A stretch of DNA of 64,000 nt from the IMG/VR virus record IMGVR_UViG_3300042291_002144. One strand, written 5' to 3'. The stretch comes from an uncultured virus (IMG/VR IMGVR_UViG_3300042291_002144). Its lineage: Duplodnaviria > Heunggongvirae > Uroviricota > Caudoviricetes. The notes beneath the pieces are model-generated. The model searched no databases. It was given only the letters and a program-made list of their open reading frames with translations, and was not told the origin of the DNA. The position numbers were made by a program, and so were the translations under genes. Below are positions 50,713 to 61,082 of the stretch, one piece after another (within the stretch, counting starts at the first letter, position 1; the number at the start of each line of letters is the position of its first letter).

Positions 50713-53685
50713 TTAGAAGCTTGGAATAAATCCAGTTGCGTCTGAACTTAATGTTCCTCCTACTCTTGTAATAGTAATTCGGTTGATAAATTTTTGAATT
50801 CCTCTTGGGAAATCTACTCTAATATCTATAATTGCTGCATTTGCAGAAAGTACATCATTTGTATTATTTGAAGAATCAAAGATTACTTCATATGTTGCAA
50901 TACCTCTAGCATTAAGAACAGCATCTAAATAGTTTTCAACAATTGTTCTTACTCTTAATCTTGTAATCTCATCATTAAAGTCAAACAAGAAGTTAAATAA
51001 TATTTTTTCAATATCTCTTTCAATTGTTGATAAGTTATCTCTAACGTGAGCATTGTTAAGAGCTGAATTAATTCTTTGGTATGCAGTATTGTTTGAGAAC
51101 AAAATAATACCAAATCCTCTACGTTTAACTGTTAAGTTAAATCCAACTGGCTCTAAGTAATCTCTATCATCATCAGTAAGATCATATTCTAATCCTACAA
51201 TTTCTGGATCATTAAGAGCACCTCTTTTACCACCTGCTGTGATTAAGAATGGCGTTCCATTTTTGAATTTTCTAATATATAAATTAGAAATATACGCAGC
51301 TTGTGGAACTGAAATATTTTTACTTCCGCTTCTTACAATTAAATTAGGGAAATGGTAAGATGCATATGAAGATAAAGGAACTCCATTAACGTCCTCTTCT
51401 GCAAATTTATAAGTAAAACTTGGATTTAAAGATAAATTACCACCTTGCGAAATTAATTCCATAGATACTGACTTAGTTGTAGTATCAATAAAACTAGGAT
51501 CAACTGATCTTTCAAATTGTTGAACTGATGGTGCATTTAATAATGCCATAGCTTTTCCATTTAATGCTGCTAATTTAGCTAGCGGGTATTTTGAAGAACC
51601 TGTGATTGTACCAGCATATGAATCAACAATATATCTAAAATCAACAGTCTCATTATTAGATAGAGTTTGTGGAATTGCAGTATCTGTAAATAAGTAATTA
51701 AGAATTCCATTATCTCCTTCTAAACGATCTGCATTACCATTAGGTAAAAGAGCATCTCTTAATTTAAAAGCTTTTAAGTTTTGACCTTTTATTGTAGGTA
51801 CAAAATTAGCAATTCCTTTAACTACAGTTAAAGTATTTCCAGCAATATCTAATCCTGTAACTTCGTCTACTGTTGGGGCTAACGTAGTTACAGTATATGT
51901 ATTTGCTATAGGCAACTTAGTAATAGGATTAAGAGTTGCTTTAACTGAAACAATTCTTAATAATCTTTCTCTACTTTCTCCAACAATAACATTTGCTTTA
52001 ATATAGCTATTTACTTTAATATATTCATCAATTATTGACTTATTGGATGGATTAATAGTAATTGTTAAAATATTAGGTTGAGAAATTGAATAGCTTGTAA
52101 AGAAACCAGTATCAGTTAAATCAAATACTCGTTTAAAATCATCACCGTTTGCTAAAATAATTTTAGTATAATCATCGCCAGCTGCAGTGTATAAATTTGC
52201 ATTAACTTGACTAGTAAATGCACTATTTGCATATACCTCAACTCTAATATATTTAATTCCAGATACTTCTAATGTATCTATCACTTTAATATAGTAGTTA
52301 TGCGCAAGATTCTTCATAATATCACCAGACTTAATAAATCCATTAAAATAAGATTCATAAAGTTTACTTCCTTCCATTGCAGCTAGATAATTAGCTGTTC
52401 CTGTAACAACGTATACGTCTCCGACAGAATTTACTCCAGGAGTTCCTGTACCATTAATATCACCAGCCAAAAAGTTAACTTCCGTACCTGCACCAGCAAT
52501 TTCAAAAATTAATTCAGAATCAGCTGGTTTAGCATAGCTTAATGTATCAATTAATGGAGTAGCTAACGCAGTTGTTCCATCAATATCATATCCTCCATTA
52601 TCAGCATAATAACTTAATTCATTAAATCCATGCCCAACTAAATCAACTCTATGAGTATCAATGTTAGTATCTGTAAATGAATCATTCGTTAAATCAATTA
52701 AATCAATTTTATCAGTATCTAGTGCACAAAGTAATCCAGTTGTTGGGAATGCTTTATTTACTAATCTATCAATTGATACAGTAACTCCACTTTGATCTTT
52801 AAAATCAGGAATTAAACATCCAATCGTACGATTAATTACTCTAATTTCTCTTAATGCGAAAAATTCAGATGCTTTAGTTAATTTTAATCCCGACTCATCA
52901 AAGAATGATTTATAAATAGGATCTTTTGCTAATTTTAAATGATTTGTCCAATCTCCGCTAATTGAAATAGCTTCAACAAAATAATCAGAAATAAAATCAT
53001 CGTGGTGAACAAATGATGGAAAGTCAATTTCATTTGCTCCAACACTAGTATACCATTCTCTAGCAGTTACATCAAATCCAGCAACATTTGCTTTACGTAC
53101 CCAAGTAGTAATATTAGAATTACCTAAGTTTACAAATGAAAGAATCTTATTTGATTCAGCATTTACCATACCTAAAGTTCCAGGAGAAGTAATATAATCA
53201 TCGCCTAATGCTAAGTTTTTAGATTTATTTAATTTTCCTGCTTCAGCAAACCATAATCTCTGTCTGTTGAAAAATTCAACAATTGGATATTGGTGAAGTG
53301 TTGATGCTGCATTATTATTTGCAGCAGATTCAGTATTAAAAGTAGTGAATGTAGCTTGATCTAAATTAGATACAGTATTAGATATTTCTGTGTCCAACGG
53401 TAATACATTCATTGCAAATACTGGACCTTCTCTAAGAGCTACTTCAATTGATCTGTGGAAGTAACTTCCTGCTTTTTCAAGTTTAGGATCGATTTCTCCA
53501 AATACTGCTTTTAGTGTTCTAGTGTCATTAATTAATACAACTGTATTAAATGGACCTACTCTGCTTGATCCTATGATCAAGCGACCTGTAGTAAGAGGAA
53601 GAACGACGTTCTCACTTGCATCGATCTCAACTGTGTAAACACCACTAGACTTGTAATTATTTAAGTTTATCCTTGGTTCAGCCAT
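50713..53685 (-). CDS. Contractile tail sheath protein (T4 gp18-like)
   Basis: SSGVY..EID.S, GPFN, AG..RG, DRDYL...GFN and FLF.FNDE.TR motifs; late motif at 53705-53714. Confidence 0.92.
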   Translation of the reverse strand: MAEPRINLNNYKSSGVYTVEIDASENVVLPLTTGRLIIGSSRVGPFNTVVLINDTRTLKAVFGEIDPKLEKAGSYFHRSIEVALREGPVFAMNVLPLDTEISNTVSNLDQATFTTFNTESAANNNAASTLHQYPIVEFFNRQRLWFAEAGKLNKSKNLALGDDYITSPGTLGMVNAESNKILSFVNLGNSNITTWVRKANVAGFDVTAREWYTSVGANEIDFPSFVHHDDFISDYFVEAISISGDWTNHLKLAKDPIYKSFFDESGLKLTKASEFFALREIRVINRTIGCLIPDFKDQSGVTVSIDRLVNKAFPTTGLLCALDTDKIDLIDLTNDSFTDTNIDTHRVDLVGHGFNELSYYADNGGYDIDGTTALATPLIDTLSYAKPADSELIFEIAGAGTEVNFLAGDINGTGTPGVNSVGDVYVVTGTANYLAAMEGSKLYESYFNGFIKSGDIMKNLAHNYYIKVIDTLEVSGIKYIRVEVYANSAFTSQVNANLYTAAGDDYTKIILANGDDFKRVFDLTDTGFFTSYSISQPNILTITINPSNKSIIDEYIKVNSYIKANVIVGESRERLLRIVSVKATLNPITKLPIANTYTVTTLAPTVDEVTGLDIAGNTLTVVKGIANFVPTIKGQNLKAFKLRDALLPNGNADRLEGDNGILNYLFTDTAIPQTLSNNETVDFRYIVDSYAGTITGSSKYPLAKLAALNGKAMALLNAPSVQQFERSVDPSFIDTTTKSVSMELISQGGNLSLNPSFTYKFAEEDVNGVPLSSYASYHFPNLIVRSGSKNISVPQAAYISNLYIRKFKNGTPFLITAGGKRGALNDPEIVGLEYDLTDDDRDYLEPVGFNLTVKRRGFGIILFSNNTAYQRINSALNNAHVRDNLSTIERDIEKILFNFLFDFNDEITRLRVRTIVENYLDAVLNARGIATYEVIFDSSNNTNDVLSANAAIIDIRVDFPRGIQKFINRITITRVGGTLSSDATGFIPSF

Positions 53686-53800
53686 TTCTGTGTAGATATT
53701 TTTAATTATTTATCTAAAATAGTATTAATAAATCTAAAAAAATAGAAAAATTAAGATCCCAGGCCAGATTTATAGTATAATAGTTAAAAATAATATAAGA

Positions 53801-54268
53801 ATGGCAAATATTGATAACACCTGTGCCGATCTTAAGATCGAAGATCTATATTCACAAAGTTCTGATACTTTAGGCGATATTTTGGCCTTACAAAAAGATA
53901 CTCAGAGCACTGTATATGGATGGAATTTTGAAAATATGACTCTTCGCGAAGTTATGTCCTTTTGGCATGCGAATACTCATGCCATAATTGATGAAATACA
54001 CGAAGCAACTGATGCTCTCGGTGGAATTAAAGATGGTAGTGGAAATGCTATTTGGAAATATTGGAAAAAGGATTTTACTACATACAGTAATTTAAAATTC
54101 TCAGATCTTTCGGAAAGCGACCAACTTGAAGCAAAATTTGAAATTATTGATATGCTACATTTTTTTATGAATTATGCTATTTCAGTCGGTATGACTTCTC
54201 AAGAAATGTATAACATGTACATGTCAAAGAATGCAGAAAATCGCGAAAGACAGAAAAGAGGTTACTAA
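53801..54268 (+). CDS. Dimeric all-alpha dUTPase/dCTPase (T4 gp56-like)
   Basis: DEIHE, WKYWK, EIIDMLHF and KN.EN..RQ..GY motifs; promoter at 53756-53780. Confidence 0.85.
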   Translation: MANIDNTCADLKIEDLYSQSSDTLGDILALQKDTQSTVYGWNFENMTLREVMSFWHANTHAIIDEIHEATDALGGIKDGSGNAIWKYWKKDFTTYSNLKFSDLSESDQLEAKFEIIDMLHFFMNYAISVGMTSQEMYNMYMSKNAENRERQKRGY

Positions 54269-54283
54269 AATAGTATTTATATT

Positions 54284-54520
54284 ATGATAGATGATTTACA
54301 AAAACAGAATACTGGCAATACACCATTAAATCTTAACTTATCTGATGCTCCATATATTGAATGTGAGGAGTGTAGTTGGCAAGTGTTTGAAGAAAAAATG
54401 ATGATTAAGAAAGTTTCCAAATTTATGACAGGTTCAGAACAAGATTCAATTGTTCCAATTCCAGTAATTGCCTGTTCTAAGTGCGGCCATGTTAACGAAC
54501 TATTTAAACCAAAGGTATGA
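54284..54520 (+). CDS. Small zinc-ribbon protein
   Basis: CEEC...CSKCGH. Confidence 0.75.
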   Translation: MIDDLQKQNTGNTPLNLNLSDAPYIECEECSWQVFEEKMMIKKVSKFMTGSEQDSIVPIPVIACSKCGHVNELFKPKV

Positions 54521-55938
54521 TAATTGGAGCAGAAGTACTTAATGATAACACATTAGTTATCTCTTACTATAATTCAAATGGTAAAGTTGATTTTATTAAA
54601 AAAAGATTAGCTGATCATGAAATGTATAATTGGGTAGAATCACAAGTCCCTACTGCTACCAAAAACTGGAATGGTAAGTTTGCAAAACGAGGTCAATCTC
54701 AAGGTCAGTATATGAATCAGTTTAGAGTTCAGGAATTAATCCAAGAAAAATTAACACCAGAAGAAATTGAATTAGTATACAGCTTTGATAATTTACCTAA
54801 GAAAACTTATCTAGATATTGAGATCAAATTAATTGATGACTCTTTCCCAGAACCAGATAAAGCTAGAATGCCGGTTGGCCTTATTTCATTTTGTAATGAA
54901 GATAATGTTACTTACATTCTCTCTATTTTAAATACTGATGATCAGCCTGACGGGTTAACTCCAGAACAAATTGTTCAAATGGAGAAAGATGTTAATGCTT
55001 ACTTTAGAAAAACTGTGCCTAAAAAACCAGAAGATTCTAAACTCTTTAATCAAGACTTTAAAATAAAGTATAAATTCTTTACAAGCGAAGATGAATTAAT
55101 GGCTTTTTATTTCCATAAAATAATGCCTCATTTTAACTTTGTTACTGGCTGGAATGTAACAGAATTTGACTGGAAATATTTGATGAATAGAGGCAAGAAC
55201 CTTAAGATTGATATGATGCAAAATATGCCAACTCGATCAACTGTTTCTAAAGTTAAAATTCCAACTCACCTAGGAGTTTTAGATTACATGCAAGTATTTG
55301 AAAAAATGAAACCGTATAAAGTAGTTGAAAACTATAAATTAGATTATATTGCTGATCTTGTTTTAGGTACAGCTAAATTACACCATGATTATGGATCATT
55401 TATGGAATTCCAAAAGGATACTTATCTTTTTACTATGTATAACGTAATTGACGTTATTCTAGTTAAACTAATTGAAGATAAACTTGCCCTAATGGATGTA
55501 GCCTTTGCTATGGCAAACGTTGCACAAGTAGAAGTAAACAAAGTATTTAGTCCAGTATATATTGCTGAGATCCTAATGTGCCGTGAATTCCTAAATAAGA
55601 ATCAAAAAATGATGAAACTTCCTTGGGGAGAAGAAGCAATCGATGGTACTTATGCTGGAGCTTATGTAAAAGATCCTATTCCAGGATATTATGGTGCCGT
55701 TGCATGTTATGACTTTTCATCAATGTATCCAAATATCCAAATACAGTTTAATATCTCTCCAGATACATATCTCGGTAAAACAGATAAAGTTAAACGGGAT
55801 GGTACTGAAATTCATACTAAGAATGACACACTATTCTCAAGTAAAAGTGACTCAGTTGCTAGAACAATTCTTACTCGACTATACGATACTCGTATTAAAA
55901 CTCAAGGTGAGATTAAACAATTAAAAAATGCAAAATAA
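54517..55938 (+). CDS. Family B DNA polymerase, N-terminal subunit (exonuclease domain plus palm motif A)
   Basis: DIE, GWN..FD and YN..DV exonuclease motifs; Y.GAYVK.P; DFSSMYPNI; stops before motif B. Confidence 0.9.
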   Translation: MIIGAEVLNDNTLVISYYNSNGKVDFIKKRLADHEMYNWVESQVPTATKNWNGKFAKRGQSQGQYMNQFRVQELIQEKLTPEEIELVYSFDNLPKKTYLDIEIKLIDDSFPEPDKARMPVGLISFCNEDNVTYILSILNTDDQPDGLTPEQIVQMEKDVNAYFRKTVPKKPEDSKLFNQDFKIKYKFFTSEDELMAFYFHKIMPHFNFVTGWNVTEFDWKYLMNRGKNLKIDMMQNMPTRSTVSKVKIPTHLGVLDYMQVFEKMKPYKVVENYKLDYIADLVLGTAKLHHDYGSFMEFQKDTYLFTMYNVIDVILVKLIEDKLALMDVAFAMANVAQVEVNKVFSPVYIAEILMCREFLNKNQKMMKLPWGEEAIDGTYAGAYVKDPIPGYYGAVACYDFSSMYPNIQIQFNISPDTYLGKTDKVKRDGTEIHTKNDTLFSSKSDSVARTILTRLYDTRIKTQGEIKQLKNAK

Positions 55939-55948
55939 CCCAAATAAT

Positions 55949-56263
55949 ATGACAACATCAGAAGATTTCGTAAACTGGCTAGAAGGTTTTCTAGACGCCT
56001 GTAAAAATGCTCCTACCTCTATGCAAATTAGAGAAGTTAGAAAAAAGATTGCAAATATCCGTCCTGTTGCAGGAGTAGAGCAGTATAATTCTCTTTGGGA
56101 TTCTAATATGCCGTCTCAACCGACTAGATCTTTTTCAACAATTACTCTAGTTCAACCTCCAAAGGAAGAAATTAATTCAAAAAACGAACCAGTCAATGAA
56201 GATTTTATCCGAGCTATTGAGGAAAATAAGAAGGCTGCCACTATGGAAGAGCTTAATTCCTAA
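55949..56263 (+). CDS. Hypothetical protein
   Basis: DFVNWLEGF motif; alternative start at 55928. Confidence 0.6.
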   Translation: MTTSEDFVNWLEGFLDACKNAPTSMQIREVRKKIANIRPVAGVEQYNSLWDSNMPSQPTRSFSTITLVQPPKEEINSKNEPVNEDFIRAIEENKKAATMEELNS

Positions 56264-56279
56264 AAAAAATATTATTCAA

Positions 56280-56924
56280 ATGCAATACGACGAAAATAAA
56301 CTAATCTCCTTAATGGAGAATTTTTCTGGAGCTAAATTTCAGTGGATTAAAACAAATCGTCCTGAATTATTAGGTAAACTAGTTACTTGTAGAAATATTG
56401 AACCACAAGGAAATAAATTCTTTGCAGTATTTGATGATGGATCAACCGTTGATACAACTCAGCTTAATACTAGCTTATTAATGATTCACGGTGATATGCA
56501 ACCTTTAACTAAAGCTGAGGTTGAATCAATCGCGGGTCCTAGAAAACCAGCAGCTGCTCCTATTCAAAATATAACTGGCCCAATGGGTGCAAATGGTTCA
56601 AATCCTGGGCCAATTGGAAACCCTCAACCTCAACAAGTAAATGCTCAATCTGCTGTAAACATGTTTGAAATGTTTAATTCTGAAGAGAGTCAAATTGATT
56701 TGCGAGTATCAATTAAATTACCAAATCAAGATTTTCTTAAAATGATGTATAGTAATGCAAAAGATAAAGATGCATTCTTAAGTGAGCTATCTGATTATGT
56801 GTTTAGAGTAATAAACAAACAAGTAGTTCAAGAATCAATTTCATCAATGGTAGTTCCTCAAGATACTCCAAAAAGATCTAAGTCTACTCATATTGTAAAT
56901 ATTACCGAAATTCATGAAGATTGA
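56280..56924 (+). CDS. Hypothetical protein
   Basis: ATG at 56280 avoids overlap; two domains joined by a Pro/Gln linker. Confidence 0.6.
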   Translation: MQYDENKLISLMENFSGAKFQWIKTNRPELLGKLVTCRNIEPQGNKFFAVFDDGSTVDTTQLNTSLLMIHGDMQPLTKAEVESIAGPRKPAAAPIQNITGPMGANGSNPGPIGNPQPQQVNAQSAVNMFEMFNSEESQIDLRVSIKLPNQDFLKMMYSNAKDKDAFLSELSDYVFRVINKQVVQESISSMVVPQDTPKRSKSTHIVNITEIHED

Positions 56925-57471
56925 CCAATTTAACCCAATTGAAGAGTATTCAGATGATAAATTTAAAATTATAAATTTCACTGGAGAAAAAGGAAACTTT
57001 AAGAGAATATCGTGTTCAAAGGAGGCAATTTGTTTGCTTCCCTTTGATCTTAACGAAAATGACCAAATAAAAAATGCATACTTATCTAAATATCATGATT
57101 ATGTATTAAATGGTCAGTCTAATAAGTGTATCACTGCAACATTAGAACCAGATGAATTTGATACTTATCATGAATCATTAACTACCTGTATAGATAATGA
57201 ATTAGGCTTATCAGATATTGAAATTGACGACATTTTCTATTTAGGCCAGATACAACACACTGTGCCCTTTACTAAAACTTATAAGTGCTACGCTATAAAT
57301 CTTACCAAGTATTCTGAAGATCCTTCTGGATTTACTCCAAGAATCCTTAATCCAGATGATCGATTACATACAATTGATAAAGTAAGATTTTCTAGAATTA
57401 TGAAAGGCGAAATATCCGATTCACTAGTTCTAGCGTGTTCACTATTACTACTTTCATATATTCAAGAATAG
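56914..57471 (+). CDS. Degenerate Nudix-fold-like protein
   Basis: ELGL..I...YLG pattern without a full Nudix box. Confidence 0.4.
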   Translation: MKIDQFNPIEEYSDDKFKIINFTGEKGNFKRISCSKEAICLLPFDLNENDQIKNAYLSKYHDYVLNGQSNKCITATLEPDEFDTYHESLTTCIDNELGLSDIEIDDIFYLGQIQHTVPFTKTYKCYAINLTKYSEDPSGFTPRILNPDDRLHTIDKVRFSRIMKGEISDSLVLACSLLLLSYIQE

Positions 57472-57516
57472 AACTTTTACTACTCACATAAGTAGAAGAT
57501 AATAAAAAAGATAACT

Positions 57517-58722
57517 ATGGCAAAGTCTACAAACGACGCAATAAATGCATTCAACAAGTTTAATGATTTACTGGAAAAAAAGGTAAAATCTAAAGTTACT
57601 TTAATGGGATTCTCAGATATTGATGATTACATCCCAACCGGCAACTATTTACTAAACGCTCAACTATCAGGTTCAGTCTTTGGTGGATATCCAAATACTA
57701 GAAGTATCGGTATTGCTGGAGATTCCGGTTCAGGTAAAACATTCCTTTGTTTAAATGCAGTTCGTGAATTACAGAAAAAAGACTATTTTGTATTCTATAT
57801 TGATACTGAAGGTGCAATCGATAGATCTGACTATGTTAAATTTGGAGTAGATCTAGAGAAATTGAAATACCTGCGTATGGGTTTAATTAGTGATGTTAAA
57901 TTCTTTATTAATGACTTTATCGATTTAATGAAGGAGAATCCAGGATTAAAGCCAGCAATTTTTGTAGACTCGGTTGGAATGTTAGATACTGATAAAAGTA
58001 AAAGGGATATGGATGCAGGTAAAAATGCAGCCGATATGGGCCTTCGTTCAAAAGAACTAAGAGCTCTATTCAAATCGTTTACCCTAGACCTATCTAATTT
58101 AAAAGTTCCATTTATATTTACCAATCATACGTATGCATCAATGGATCAATACACTCCTAAAGGAATGTCTGGTGGAGGTGGGCCTGAGTTCTCAGCATCA
58201 ATTATCTTAATGTTGAGTAAAGGTACACTACGTGATGAAGCTAAGACTACTACTGGAATTATCGTTAGATCTAAAACTAAGAAAAATCGTTTAGCTCGAC
58301 CTATCGATATTGAGTTTCATATATCATTCCATAAAGGTATGAACCAATATGTTGGGCTTGAACAGTTTGTTAGTTGGGAAAATTGCGGAGTTGGTAGAGG
58401 TAATAAATTGACTGAAAAGGAATTTTCTAAATTAAAAGCAGATGAGCAATCTATTTGTTCTGAATTTAAAGTAGATGATGAAACCTTCTACTACTTACCT
58501 AAAAAGCTCGGAAAAAGCTATGTTATTCGACATAGTGGTGACCTAGTTCCAGTTAAAGATTTCTTTACATCTAGGCTATTTACCCATGCAGTATTAACTG
58601 AACTTGATGAAAAAGTAATAAAGCCAACATTTAAATTTCCAGAGACTACTGATGAGATTGATCTACTTGAAAATGCAGAGCTTGGCGATTTAACTGAAGA
58701 CCTCGATGATTCTGCGTTCTGA
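57517..58722 (+). CDS. uvsX: RecA-family recombinase (UvsX-like)
   Basis: GDSGSGKT, YIDTE, VDS, TNH.Y, GG.G and K.R motifs; promoter at 57472-57497. Confidence 0.93.
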   Translation: MAKSTNDAINAFNKFNDLLEKKVKSKVTLMGFSDIDDYIPTGNYLLNAQLSGSVFGGYPNTRSIGIAGDSGSGKTFLCLNAVRELQKKDYFVFYIDTEGAIDRSDYVKFGVDLEKLKYLRMGLISDVKFFINDFIDLMKENPGLKPAIFVDSVGMLDTDKSKRDMDAGKNAADMGLRSKELRALFKSFTLDLSNLKVPFIFTNHTYASMDQYTPKGMSGGGGPEFSASIILMLSKGTLRDEAKTTTGIIVRSKTKKNRLARPIDIEFHISFHKGMNQYVGLEQFVSWENCGVGRGNKLTEKEFSKLKADEQSICSEFKVDDETFYYLPKKLGKSYVIRHSGDLVPVKDFFTSRLFTHAVLTELDEKVIKPTFKFPETTDEIDLLENAELGDLTEDLDDSAF

Positions 58723-59038
58723 TTTACCGCTTAAATATTACTTAAATCTCTATAATGAGGATACTTTACTCGATCAGTATAGTATCCTCTTTGAGATTTT
58801 ACAGTATATTATTAAAGTTGCTAATGTTAAAGATAAGAATTTAGACTCAAGTAATATAAAATTTTCATCTAAGTCTCTTAAATATGTATTTGGCGATCGA
58901 TTAAAAGATGAAATTTTTAAAAAATATGTAGTTGAATCATTGAAATATATGATAACCAATGAGTATCTTAGAACAGAAGGCGACTTTATATACTTTACAA
59001 AAAACGGACTAACTTATTTCTATATAACTAATGATTGA
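58706..59038 (+). CDS. Hypothetical protein (possible winged helix)
   Basis: L....YL......YFT..G C-terminal pattern. Confidence 0.55.
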   Translation: MILRSDLPLKYYLNLYNEDTLLDQYSILFEILQYIIKVANVKDKNLDSSNIKFSSKSLKYVFGDRLKDEIFKKYVVESLKYMITNEYLRTEGDFIYFTKNGLTYFYITND

Positions 59039-60515
59039 TTTTACAGAAAATATCGACTCGCTTGAAAAAATGGTATGGAACTTTGTTCTAAACATGGATA
59101 ATGATATTAATGATCTTCGTCCTAGTAACCATGAATCTTTACGTAGAGAAGAATTAATTTCAATGTTCAAGCCAAGTTATTTTAATGATGAAAATCGACA
59201 AGAGTCATTTAAAGCTGCTTTAAAATTCTTTAAAGAATATGAAAAGATTCCAAATCGTAAAGAGCTAAAAAGTTATTTAGAATTAGTTAACTCGTCACTA
59301 GATACTGAAGAATTCCTAGACCTATATGCATTTAATCTTAATGAATATAATTATGATTATCTCTATAAGTATGTAAAGTCATTTATCTTATTGAGAAATC
59401 TAAATTTAACAGTTTTTGATATTCTTACTTATTTAAAGACTACTGCAATTGACCCAAATAATATTGATAAGATTTCAGAAAAAGTAAGAAATGATATAAG
59501 TACTAAACTTGCACTAAATTTTTCAAGCGTAGATACTGGTCTAAATTTCTTTAATCCTGAAGCCCATATCCAAATATCTAAATCAGGCAGTCCAACTGGA
59601 TTTCCATTTCTAGATAAAGTTCAAGGCGGCGGCTGGAATTCAAAAGCTCTAGTAGTTTTTCAAGGTCGGCCTAAAGTTGGAAAATCAATGGTGTTAGGTA
59701 ATATTGCAGCTCGATCATTTCTAACTGGAAATGCAACTGGTCTAGTTACAGTTGAGCTTGCAGATAGAGCATATATGAAACGAATTGGTTCAAATATTTT
59801 AAATATTAAATCAGAAGATTATGCTAGAATAACTGATGAAGCTGCATCTAGACTAATTCAAGATAAAATTCAAGATCTTAAAGATAGTGGTCGAACAGTT
59901 GGTGAATTAATTATTAAAGAATTTCCAACTGGCGGTGCAAATGCAATTGATATTGAAAATTACTTTGTTCGACTTGAACAAAAATTAAATAAGAAATTTA
60001 AAGTTATCGTAGTTGATTACTTAAATTTGCTAAAGCCAATAAATAATCAAAATGGCCTCTATGAAAAAATTAAAGCTATTTCTGAGGAACTTAGAGGGGT
60101 TGCTATGAGAAATGAATGGTGTATAATAAGTGCTACTCAAATTCGTAGAGAAGATATAGACAATTTCGATTTAGGAATGGATTCTGTTGCTGAATCGTTT
60201 GGTTTAATACACACCGTTGATTCTCTATTTGGATTAATGCGTAGTCCACTAGAAAGTAGAATGAAAATAAAAGTTATTGCTAACCGTGATAATGGATATG
60301 AAGAAAGTTATAAATTCTATACTATGCATAAAGACTACTTTAGATTAACTGAAGAGGCAGGGCAAAACAGCGAATTCTATAGTGATGATGAAGAGGTAAC
60401 TCGAATGGCAGATGAGCTTAGAAATGAATATCAAGAAATGAATAATACTGTATCTGTTGAAAAAACTGATATTCCAATTGAAGATGATTATGATACTCTC
60501 TTCAATTCTATTTAA
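59031..60515 (+). CDS. Replicative DnaB-family helicase (T4 gp41-like)
   Basis: GRPKVGKS, IKEFPT, VVDYLNL, SATQ and AESFGL motifs. Confidence 0.92.
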   Translation: MIDFTENIDSLEKMVWNFVLNMDNDINDLRPSNHESLRREELISMFKPSYFNDENRQESFKAALKFFKEYEKIPNRKELKSYLELVNSSLDTEEFLDLYAFNLNEYNYDYLYKYVKSFILLRNLNLTVFDILTYLKTTAIDPNNIDKISEKVRNDISTKLALNFSSVDTGLNFFNPEAHIQISKSGSPTGFPFLDKVQGGGWNSKALVVFQGRPKVGKSMVLGNIAARSFLTGNATGLVTVELADRAYMKRIGSNILNIKSEDYARITDEAASRLIQDKIQDLKDSGRTVGELIIKEFPTGGANAIDIENYFVRLEQKLNKKFKVIVVDYLNLLKPINNQNGLYEKIKAISEELRGVAMRNEWCIISATQIRREDIDNFDLGMDSVAESFGLIHTVDSLFGLMRSPLESRMKIKVIANRDNGYEESYKFYTMHKDYFRLTEEAGQNSEFYSDDEEVTRMADELRNEYQEMNNTVSVEKTDIPIEDDYDTLFNSI

Positions 60516-60530
60516 AATAATAAATTAATA

Positions 60531-61082
60531 ATGATTGATGAATTTGATGAAACACACATACCCGAAGAATCCACTAATGTTGTAAGAGAAGATAAAATCT
60601 TTAATAACAGTTATTATAATGGAGACAATTTAAAAGATTCTGGAGAATACGAATTTTCTAAAAAAATATCTATTTCTTCTGATTACTCAGATAATTATTT
60701 AAAAGATTTATATGATTATGAAGAGCAACTTGAATCTAAATTCATATTAGATATAATATTTGAATTTTTACAAAAAGATGAATTACTTTGTGACTATGTA
60801 AAAGACTTTACTTCTGAGAAATCTGCATCAAAAGTAAAATTTTCAAAAGAAGATATCAATATTATCTTTAATCGAGTGCATGAAAAATTAGATGTTACTA
60901 CTTATGGAATAAGCTTTTATAGTCCAATCTATATTCTAGAAGCTATTTCATCAATTGCATCAATTGAGTATAAAAAAATATTTGATTCCTTAGAAACTGA
61001 TATCCAAGAGATATTACTAATTGAATTAAATAAAAAGTACAAATTCCTAGATGGAAAAATGAATAAAAAAAAGATACACTAA
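60531..61082 (+). CDS. Hypothetical acidic protein
   Basis: ORF in the replication operon. Confidence 0.6.
   Translation: MIDEFDETHIPEESTNVVREDKIFNNSYYNGDNLKDSGEYEFSKKISISSDYSDNYLKDLYDYEEQLESKFILDIIFEFLQKDELLCDYVKDFTSEKSASKVKFSKEDINIIFNRVHEKLDVTTYGISFYSPIYILEAISSIASIEYKKIFDSLETDIQEILLIELNKKYKFLDGKMNKKKIH

Noticed and set aside
41953..60515. Inteins or introns in nrdA, nrdB, polymerase, UvsX or helicase
   Set aside because: Protein sizes are compact, with no intein splice motifs or homing endonucleases.
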